From assembly GCA_963843975.1 (NCBI GenBank), contig CAWJMG010000001.1, positions 30,001 through 62,000 on the forward strand: a stretch of DNA of 32,000 nucleotides, given 5' to 3'. The notes beneath the pieces were generated by a model that was not told the origin of the DNA, made no database searches, and saw only the letters and a program-made list of their open reading frames with translations. The stretch comes from an uncultured Actinomycetes bacterium. GTDB taxonomy: Bacteria > Actinomycetota > Actinomycetes > S36-B12 > CAIYMF01. Positions 17,126 to 23,955 of this stretch are shown here, piece by piece (position 1 is the stretch's first letter; each line of letters begins with the position of its first letter). A program made the position numbers and the translations under genes.

Positions 17126-17851
17126 TTGCTGCTCGGGATCGTCGTGTGCGTGGTCTACCTGGCCGGGCTGATCGGTCTGCAGAAGGCGTCCGGCGTCCCG
17201 TACGTCGCCATCGCCGAGAGCGAGCCGAACCTCCGCAAGGGCGTGCTCATCCCCGTCGGGGTGATGACGGTCGTGCTCGTCGCGTTCCTCGCCGCGACCG
17301 GACGCCTCGCCGACGCGTTCACCTTCGCGCCGACTGTGTCCGCGGCCTGGCTGTGGCTCATCCCGGTCGTGATCATGCTCGGCGTGATCCTGCGCCTGGT
17401 GCGCAATCCCTGGTCGCAGGTGAGCGGGCGCTTCGTCGTCGTCGCACTGCTGGCGACGTTCCTCGTGGGGCTGTCCGAGGAGCTGCTGCTCCGCGGCTAC
17501 TTCGCCGACGTGCTGGTCGAGCGCGGCCTGGCCCTCGTGTGGATCTCGGTGATCTCCTCGGTCGTGTTCGGCCTCCTGCACGGCGCCAACATCCTCAACG
17601 GCCAGGACGCCAGGACGACGCTGCAGCAGGTCGTCGCCTCGGCCATCATGGGCCTCGGCCTGTTCGCCGCGCTCGTGCTGACGGGCTCGCTATGGCTGCC
17701 CATCGCGCTGCACTTCCTGTTCGACTTCAGCCTCGTCGTGGGCGGCTCGGTGAAGAAGGAGGACAGCGCCGCGGCCAAGGACGAGGCCGTCCTGATCATC
17801 GCGATGTACGTGCTGTCGCTGGCCTCGATCGTCGCGCTGGTGCTTGCCTAG
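17126..17851 (+). CDS. CPBP family intramembrane glutamic endopeptidase (CAAX protease / Abi family)
   Basis: Motifs SEELLLRGY and FGLLHG, plus a later LHFLFD, in a polytopic protein. The start is uncertain. TTG 17126 follows GAAGGGG. GTG 17144 and GTG 17150 are alternatives. Confidence 0.7.
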   Translation: MLLGIVVCVVYLAGLIGLQKASGVPYVAIAESEPNLRKGVLIPVGVMTVVLVAFLAATGRLADAFTFAPTVSAAWLWLIPVVIMLGVILRLVRNPWSQVSGRFVVVALLATFLVGLSEELLLRGYFADVLVERGLALVWISVISSVVFGLLHGANILNGQDARTTLQQVVASAIMGLGLFAALVLTGSLWLPIALHFLFDFSLVVGGSVKKEDSAAAKDEAVLIIAMYVLSLASIVALVLA

Positions 17852-18318
17852 GCCCAGTCGGTGCGGGGGCCGGGACGGCTCACGTGCAGCGCGAGCCGGT
17901 CGAGCACGAACGGCCAGCCGGCCACGTAGTCCATCCGCGCCTCCTCGCCCAGGGGCTCCCAGCCAGAGTGCGTCACGCGCACCTGGGTGCCGCCGGCGAT
18001 CGGCGTGAAGGCCACCTCGACCGACGTGGCGGGTCGCGCTCCGCCGCCCGGGTTCCAGGCGAACGAGATCAGCGACGGCGGAACGACGGCGTCCACACGC
18101 GCCCACGGCGCCCTCGTGCCGTCGGCCCAGACCTCGACCAGAAGCCCGCCCGCGTGCGCCTCGAGCTCGAGCCCCTCGACCGCGACGCCCGTGACCGAGT
18201 GCGTGCCCACCGGCCACCACGCGCCGATGCCGTCGGTGAAGGCGGCGTAGACGGCCCCGGGCGCGGCCGGAACGAACGCCGACTCGACGATCGGCCCGAC
18301 GCCGCCCTCCTTGGTCAT
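17848..18318 (-). CDS. SRPBCC superfamily protein (AHSA1/START-like)
   Basis: 156 aa from the internal ATG: MTKEGGVGPIVESAFVPAAPGAVYAAFTDGIGAWWP...VRVTHSGWE. The start overlaps the racemase stop (ATGA). Confidence 0.65.
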   Translation of the reverse strand: MTKEGGVGPIVESAFVPAAPGAVYAAFTDGIGAWWPVGTHSVTGVAVEGLELEAHAGGLLVEVWADGTRAPWARVDAVVPPSLISFAWNPGGGARPATSVEVAFTPIAGGTQVRVTHSGWEPLGEEARMDYVAGWPFVLDRLALHVSRPGPRTDWA

Positions 18319-19037
18319 GCCGGTCCGTCGATCGCGGCGTCGAGCAGGGCGCGGGCGTGCTCGCGGGTGGTGTCGACGAGGGGCAGGGCGGACTCGGCGT
18401 CTCCCGGCGAGACCAGCATCTGGAACTCGGTGCACGCCAGGAGCGCCGCCTCGGCGCCTTCGTCCGCGCAGCGCCGTACGACCTCCAGCAGGTAGGCGCG
18501 CGACTCCGGCCGGATGACGCCCTGGGTCAGCTCGGAGTAGATGATCCGCTGCAGCTCGGCTCGCTCGTCGGCGTCGGGGACGACGACGTCGAGGCCCTGG
18601 GTGCGGAGAGCCTCGACGTAGAACGGCTTCTCCATCGTGTACGCCGTGCCCAGCAGCGCGACGCGTGAGGCGCCCTCGCGGCGGGCCGCCTCGGCCGTGG
18701 CGTCGACGATGTGGACCAGGGCTGCCGACTCCCCCGCCGCCTCGCGGACGCGGTCGGCCACCAGGTGCATCGAGTTGGCGCAGATGCCGAGGACCGTGGC
18801 GCCAGCATCGACCAACGAATGCGTGATCGCGGCGTACTGCTCGGCGAGGACGTCCCAGCGGTCGGCGGCCTGCAGAGCTGCGAGCTCGGCGAAGTCGACC
18901 GAGTGCAGCACGATCGGCGGCTGCCGGAGCGGGCCGAGCCGCTCGGCCGCCCCGCGGTTCAGCAGGGCGTAGTAGTCCGCGGTCGACTCCCACGAGGTGC
19001 CGCCGAGGAGACCGATCGTGCGCATGGGCGACGTCAT
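18315..19037 (-). CDS. Aspartate/glutamate racemase family protein (YgeA/RacX-type broad-specificity amino-acid racemase)
   Basis: MTSPMRTIGLLGGTSWESTADYYALLN...LGICANSMHLVAD...VALLGTAYTMEKPFY...LLACTEFQMLV closely parallels E. coli YgeA as I recall it, including both catalytic Cys contexts. The start overlaps the upstream stop (ATGA). Confidence 0.85.
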   Translation of the reverse strand: MTSPMRTIGLLGGTSWESTADYYALLNRGAAERLGPLRQPPIVLHSVDFAELAALQAADRWDVLAEQYAAITHSLVDAGATVLGICANSMHLVADRVREAAGESAALVHIVDATAEAARREGASRVALLGTAYTMEKPFYVEALRTQGLDVVVPDADERAELQRIIYSELTQGVIRPESRAYLLEVVRRCADEGAEAALLACTEFQMLVSPGDAESALPLVDTTREHARALLDAAIDGPA

Positions 19038-19903
19038 GCCGGCTCCTTCAGGGTGCCCGCCGCGCGGGCGGTCTTGCGCGCGATGTCCTCGAGCGCGGCG
19101 CGCGTGGCAGCCTTCGCCTCGTAGACCTCGACGCGGTCCTTGAGCACCTTGCCGGGCACTCCGCCCACGATCGACATGGGCGGCACGTCGCCGCGGACGA
19201 CGGTGTGCGACGCGAGCACGCACCCGTGGCCGACAGTCGATCCGCGCAGCACGGTGACCTTCGCGCCGATCCAGCAGTCGGCCCCGATGCGCACGGGCGA
19301 CTTCACGATGCCCTGGTCCTTGATCGGCACGTGGATGTCGTCGTAGACGTGGTCGAAGTCGCAGATGTAGACCCAGTCGGCCACGATCGTGCCCTGGCCG
19401 AACTCGACGTCGAGATAGCAGTTGATCGTGTTGTCGCGGCCGAACACGCACTTGTCGCCGATGCGCAGCGTGCCCTCGTGGGCGCGCAGGCGGTTCTCGT
19501 CGCCGACGTGCACCCAGCGGCCCAGGATGAGCCGCGCATACCCGGTGCGGGCGAAGAGCTCCACCCGCTTGCCGATGAAGACCATGCCCTCGGTCACGAC
19601 GTCCGGGTGCAGCAGTCGCAGCCACATCAGCCGCCAGTAGCGGGTGAGGTACCAGCGGTCGAACGCACGGTTGCGCCAGCACCAGCGCAGCGACTCGAGG
19701 GTGACGAACTTCGCCTGGCGCGGATCGCGCGGCGGCAGGCCGCGCACGCGCCGCGCCGCTGCGCCGACCGCCTCGAGGATCACGGCCAGAGCGTACGTCG
19801 GAGGCACGGCGACGTCCGCACGGGGCAACCGGCACGACGTGTCGAGGACACGGCCCCGTAACGCGGCCGGGCCACCGTAGGGGCATGGACGGGGACCTGG
19901 CAC
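19034..19903 (-). CDS. Left-handed beta-helix (hexapeptide-repeat) acyltransferase, Rv3034c-like
   Basis: The C-terminal half has hexapeptide repeats (IGDKCVFGRDNTINC...VRIGADCWIGAKVTVLRGSTVGHGCVLASHTVV). The coordinates are the maximal ORF. ATG 19903 overlaps the divergent GNAT start by 19 nt, so GTG 19807 (VPPTYALAV...) may be the true start. Confidence 0.75.
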   Translation of the reverse strand: MPGPRPCPYGGPAALRGRVLDTSCRLPRADVAVPPTYALAVILEAVGAAARRVRGLPPRDPRQAKFVTLESLRWCWRNRAFDRWYLTRYWRLMWLRLLHPDVVTEGMVFIGKRVELFARTGYARLILGRWVHVGDENRLRAHEGTLRIGDKCVFGRDNTINCYLDVEFGQGTIVADWVYICDFDHVYDDIHVPIKDQGIVKSPVRIGADCWIGAKVTVLRGSTVGHGCVLASHTVVRGDVPPMSIVGGVPGKVLKDRVEVYEAKAATRAALEDIARKTARAAGTLKEPA

Positions 19904-20424
19904 GACTGCTGCCGCGAACGCTCGAGACGACGCGCGGCGCGGTGCTCGTGCGCACGGCGTACGACACGGACCTGCCGGCGGTGGAGCGGATGCACCACCG
20001 GTGCTCGACCGACACGGTCTTCCGCCGCTACTTCTCCGCGGTGCCGGCGATCTCCCCGACGCTGCAGGCGCGGCTGCTGCAGACGCGGCTCGCGCTGGTG
20101 GCCGAGTCGGGCTCGGAGGTCGTCGGGCTCGGGCACCTCGCGCAGCACGACGGACAGCCGGTCGAGCTGGCGCTGCTCGTCGAGGACGCGTGGCAGAGGC
20201 ACGGAGTCGGCCGGGCCCTGGCCGAGGCGGCGCTCGACGTCGCCGACCTGTGGGGCCTGGACCGCGTGGTGACGTACTCGCTCGCGACCTCGGCCGGTGC
20301 CCACGCCCTCATGCGGGTGCTGCGCTCGGGCACCCTGCACCCGAACTTCCACCAGGGCCAGGACGGCCTCGTCCAGACGGTGCTCCCCCTGCGCGGCGCC
20401 GCACCGCGGGGCCTCACGGCCTGA
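19885..20424 (+). CDS. GNAT family N-acetyltransferase
   Basis: 179-aa ORF with an acetyl-CoA-binding-like segment LLVEDAWQRHGVGRALAEAAL. Confidence 0.7.
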   Translation: MDGDLARLLPRTLETTRGAVLVRTAYDTDLPAVERMHHRCSTDTVFRRYFSAVPAISPTLQARLLQTRLALVAESGSEVVGLGHLAQHDGQPVELALLVEDAWQRHGVGRALAEAALDVADLWGLDRVVTYSLATSAGAHALMRVLRSGTLHPNFHQGQDGLVQTVLPLRGAAPRGLTA

Positions 20425-20426
20425 CG

Positions 20427-21416
20427 TCAGGCGGGCTTCGTGCCGGTGATGCAGACGTTGTAGAAGGCTCGTCGGGGACGACCTTGCTCATCACGTTCTC
20501 GTCGAGCCACGACAGGCGAAGCCAGCCCTTGTAGGCGAACATCGCCCAGTTCCAGCCGAGCGCACCCGGCTTCACGGCGGCCTCGAACGTGCGCACCGGC
20601 CAGCCGAACCATGACGCCGTGCAGCTCCTCGGTGACGGTCCGTACGTCGATCGCGCCGGCGCGCAGCGCGAGCGCCGCGAGGCGGCCGGGGTCGAACGTG
20701 TGGATGTCGACGACCGACTCGAGCGCCGCGGCCCGCGACGACTCCTCGAGCTCGGCCACCGGCCGCGCCCACTTCTCCTGCAGTGGCGGCAGGTGCGTGA
20801 CCTTCTTCGCCGTCCACCACGTGAGGCGCGACAGACGGCGGGCGACCCAATCGCCCTTCTCGGTCGGCTCGCCGGCGAACACGAACCGGCCGCCGGGCTT
20901 GAGGACGCGCATGACCTCGCGCATCGCGAGGTCGAGGTCGGGGATGTGGTGCAGCACCGCGTGGCCCACGACGAGGTCGAACGAGTCGTCGTCGTACGGC
21001 AGCGACTCGGCGTCGGCGACGCGACCCTCGACCGAGAAGCCGAGCGACTCGGCGTTGCGCACCGCCACCTTCACCATGCCGGGCGACAGGTCGGTCACGT
21101 GCCCCTCGTCGAGCACGCCGGCCTGCTTGAGGTTGAGCAGGAAGAAACCGGTGCCGCAGCCGAGCTCGAGCGCCGATCCGTAGGGCCAGCCGTCGGTGCC
21201 GGCCACGTGCGCGAACCGCTCGCGGGCGTAGGCGATGCAGCGCTCGTCGTAGGAGATCGACCACTTCTCGTCGTACGTCGCGGCTTCCCAGTCGTGGTAG
21301 AGCACGTTCGCGAGCTTCGGGTCGTGGAACGCGGCCTCGACCTGCTCGCGGGTGGCCGCGGCGCCCTGGGGCACCGGGTCGGACTCGACGGGGACGTCGA
21401 CGTACGGGTCGCTCAT
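20427..21416 (-). CDS. Class I SAM-dependent methyltransferase (Rv3037c/Rv3038c-like). The ORF is open, but about 51 codons near the 3' end look out of the ancestral frame.
   Basis: ALELGCGTGFFLLNL (motif I) and LKPGGRFVFAGEP. After ...TVTEEL the listed frame turns Arg-rich (HGVMVRLAGAHVRGRREAGCARLELG...). The overlapping ORF 20414..20596 reads protein-like RTFEAAVKPGALGWNWAMFAYKGWLRLSWLDENVMSKVVP. The listed frame becomes plausible again at AFYNVCITGTKPA. Confidence 0.8.
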   Translation of the reverse strand: MSDPYVDVPVESDPVPQGAAATREQVEAAFHDPKLANVLYHDWEAATYDEKWSISYDERCIAYARERFAHVAGTDGWPYGSALELGCGTGFFLLNLKQAGVLDEGHVTDLSPGMVKVAVRNAESLGFSVEGRVADAESLPYDDDSFDLVVGHAVLHHIPDLDLAMREVMRVLKPGGRFVFAGEPTEKGDWVARRLSRLTWWTAKKVTHLPPLQEKWARPVAELEESSRAAALESVVDIHTFDPGRLAALALRAGAIDVRTVTEELHGVMVRLAGAHVRGRREAGCARLELGDVRLQGLASPVVARRERDEQGRPRRAFYNVCITGTKPA

Positions 21417-21557
21417 GCGGCGAGGCTACCCCGAGATCCGGGCCCCGCCAGACGGCCGCAGATGCACCTGACAGCACCCGTCAACGACGTCAGCGGAGAG
21501 TCCGGGCGACTCCGCGGCGCAGTGGTGCGACCCTGGGACGACAGGGGAGGTGGCCGC

Positions 21558-22833
21558 ATGCGCTCCGCGCGCGCAGTGCCCGTCGCCATTCTCGCCGCGG
21601 CGGCGCTGACGGTCGGCGCCTGCTCGTCCCCCACGCCTGGTCGTGCACCCAGCCCGTCGTCCGCGACCACGGGCACACCGACGGCGGTGTCGCCCACGTC
21701 GCCGACGCCCACGCCCAGCTCCGCGTCGCCCGAGACGCCGAGCGAGTCGCCGTCCACCTCTCCGACTCCGACACTGACGCCGACCGGGACACCCACCCTG
21801 ACCGATGAGCCCACGCCGACCGCGACCCCGCCGCAGACCGGGCTGCCGCCCATCACACGGCTCGCGCCCGGCGAGCGCCCTCCGCAGTTCGTCGTCGTGT
21901 CCTTCGACGGCACGTGCCGCTCGTCGCTGTTCAGGAAGTACCTCGACCTCGCGGAGTCGACCGGCTCGCACTTCACGTTCTTCGTGTCCGGCCTGTGCCT
22001 CCTGCCGGAGACGAAGGCTCAGCCTCTACGACCCGCCCCGGCACCCGGTGGGCACGTCGGCGATCGGGTTCGCGGACCCCGCCAACGTCCCCGAGCGGAT
22101 CCGGCTCCTGACGCGGGCGTGGACGCAGGGGCACGAGATCGGCACCCACTTCCTCGGCCACTTCTGCGACGCGGCAGGCGTCGGCACCTGGACGTCGGCG
22201 GAGTGGCAGTCCGAGCTCTCGCAGGCCCAGCGCTTCCTCGACGACTGGGCCTCGATCACCGGCAACCCGTCCGGCGTACCGGCGCTCCCGTTCACCTCGG
22301 CCGACTGGAAGGGCGACCGCACGCCGTGCCTGGGCGGGATCCGCTCGCAGATGCTCCCGGTGTTCGAGCGCGCCGGATTCACCTACGACGCGTCGGGGGC
22401 GGGCACGCTCTCGTGGCCGAGGAAGTACGCCGGGTACGACCTCTGGAGCTTCCCGCTCGAGCGCATCCCTGTGCTCGGCTATGGGAAGTCGGCGCTGTCG
22501 ATGGACTACAACTTCCTCGCCCAGCAGAACGGCGCGCAGATCACCGCACCGAAGGCGGTCTGCGACCGCATCCGAGCCTCGACCCGGGCGTCGTACCTGC
22601 ACGCGCTGGACGCGGTCGAGCGAAGCAACCGCGCGCCGCTGTTCATCGGCAACCACTTCAACGACTGGGTCTGCAACGCCTACACCGACGCGCTCACCGA
22701 GTTCGTCGTCCAGGCGCACGCCGCGCACCCGGACGTGCGGTTCGTGCCGTTCTCGTACCTCGCCCGCTGGCTCGACGCCCAGAGCCCCGCAGTGCTGAAG
22801 ACCCTCCAGTCGACCGGCAACGCGAAGGCTTAG
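21558..22833 (+). pseudogene. Lipoprotein with a Pro/Thr/Ser-rich linker and a polysaccharide-deacetylase-like (NodB/CE4-like) domain. Frameshifted near 22016.
   Basis: The frame from ATG 21558 reads MRSARAVPVAILAAAALTVGAC (lipobox), then about 70 aa of P/T/S, then FVVVSFDGTCRSSLFRKYLDLAESTGSHFTFFVSGLCLLPETK, then junk. The +1 frame (ORF 21805..22833) is junk, then SLYDPPRHPVGTSAIGFADP...GHEIGTHFLGHFC...LFIGNHFNDW through to the stop. One extra base around the GG at 22016-22017 would explain the shift. Confidence 0.7.
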
Positions 22834-22834
22834 T

Positions 22835-22861
22835 CAGGCCGGGCGCCTGAACCCGGGCCTG
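22835..22861 (+). terminator. Hairpin 1 nt after the lipoprotein gene stop (9-bp stem with one bulge)
   Basis: CAGGCCGGG-cgcctgaa-CCCGGGCCTG read directly. The 107-bp convergent spacer also holds a TTTGTTGC/GCAACGAA hairpin (22889-22911) and a CCCC/GGGG+CGCA/TGCG hairpin (22914-22940) next to the enoyl-CoA hydratase stop. Confidence 0.45.
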
Positions 22862-22940
22862 TGGACAACGCCGAGCATGAAAGCCGCGTTTGTTGCGCTC
22901 TTAGCAACGAAGGCCCCCTTCATCGCAAACCGTGCGGGGG

Positions 22941-23720
22941 TCAGCGGCCGGACCATTGGGCCTTGCCGGGGCCGTTCTCGATGAACGACGCCATGCCGAT
23001 GGACCGGTCCTCGGTGGCGAAGAGCCCGGTGAACTGCAGGCGCTCGATCTCCAGCCCCGTGGCGAGGTCGACCTCGAGCCCGCGGTCGATCGCCTCCTTG
23101 GCTGCGCGCAACGCGTACGGCGCACCCGCGGCGAGCTTGGCCGCCAGCGCGAGCGCCTCGGCGTACACGTCGTCGGGGGCGACGACCTTGTCGACGAGAC
23201 CGATCCGCAGCGCCTCCTCGGCGTCGACGAAGCGGCCGGTGAAGATCAGGTCCTTCGCGCGGGACGGGCCGATCAGGCGCGTGAGGCGCTGCGTGCCGCC
23301 GGCGCCCGGGATGATGCCGAGCAGGATCTCGGGCTGGCCGAGCTTGGCGTTGTCGCCGGCCACCCGCAGGTCGCAGCAGAGGGCGAGCTCGCACCCGCCG
23401 CCGAGGGCGTAGCCGGTGATCGCGGCGATCGTCGGCTTCGGGATGGCGGCCACGGACGTGAACGACGAGCCGAGCCCGACGGAGTTGTCGACCATCTGCT
23501 GGTAGGACCAGCCGGCCATCTCCTTGACGTCGGCGCCGGCCGCGAACACCTTCGGGCCGCCGTAGACGACGACGGCGCGGACGTCGGCCCGCTCGGTCGC
23601 CTCGAGGGCCGCCGAGCGGATCTCCTCCTGCACCTGGCGCGAGAGGGCGTTCATGGGCGGGCGGTCGAGCCGGATCGTGCCGACGCCGTCCGCCACCTCG
23701 AGATGCACGAGCTCGCCCAC
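22941..23720 (-). CDS. Enoyl-CoA hydratase/isomerase (crotonase) family protein, echA17-like by position
   Basis: 259 aa from GTG 23720, preceded by AAGGAGG with a 5-nt spacer. VGELVHLEVADGVGTIRLDRPPMNAL...VFAAGADVKEM...GYALGGGCELALCCD...GQPEILLGIIPGAGGTQRL. Confidence 0.9.
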   Translation of the reverse strand: MGELVHLEVADGVGTIRLDRPPMNALSRQVQEEIRSAALEATERADVRAVVVYGGPKVFAAGADVKEMAGWSYQQMVDNSVGLGSSFTSVAAIPKPTIAAITGYALGGGCELALCCDLRVAGDNAKLGQPEILLGIIPGAGGTQRLTRLIGPSRAKDLIFTGRFVDAEEALRIGLVDKVVAPDDVYAEALALAAKLAAGAPYALRAAKEAIDRGLEVDLATGLEIERLQFTGLFATEDRSIGMASFIENGPGKAQWSGR

Positions 23721-23955
23721 GTCGTCCTCCTTGCGCTCGCGCCGCACCAGCGGCCGCCGCGGCGCCGTCGCCGTCGACGCCTCGGAGCCTAGCCACGCCC
23801 TCTCCCGGTACGCCGCCCCCGCACGATCGGGTGGTCCGGCCGCCATCGGTGGGCCTCGGTGCGCCCGCGCCGGACGGCAGGGGCAGACTGTCCTCCGCCG
23901 CGAGCGCGCGGCCCCGCCCACGAGGGCGGTCCCAGCGGTCCCAGGGGGTCCCCGC

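Noticed and set aside
19858-19870. GTTAC/GTAAC-containing motifs recurring at 6396-6411, 19858-19870, 28161-28168 and in the glgP/glgE spacer, as one shared operator
   Set aside because: The common core is only 5-6 nt and the flanks differ. Only the four phased copies in 31556-31627 form a pattern worth reporting.
20420-20431. Perfect 12-bp palindrome CCTGACGTCAGG containing both convergent stop codons (GNAT TGA and methyltransferase TCA)
   Set aside because: TGA-CG-TCA is palindromic by construction when two convergent genes stop 2 nt apart. It is too short to argue for a function beyond, at most, a minimal shared terminator stem.
22862-22940. Lower-GC stretch between the convergent lipoprotein and enoyl-CoA hydratase genes as a possible small RNA (6C-like)
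   Set aside because: It has only one C-rich loop and short stems, with no promoter-like element. Ordinary terminator hairpins for the two convergent genes explain it adequately.
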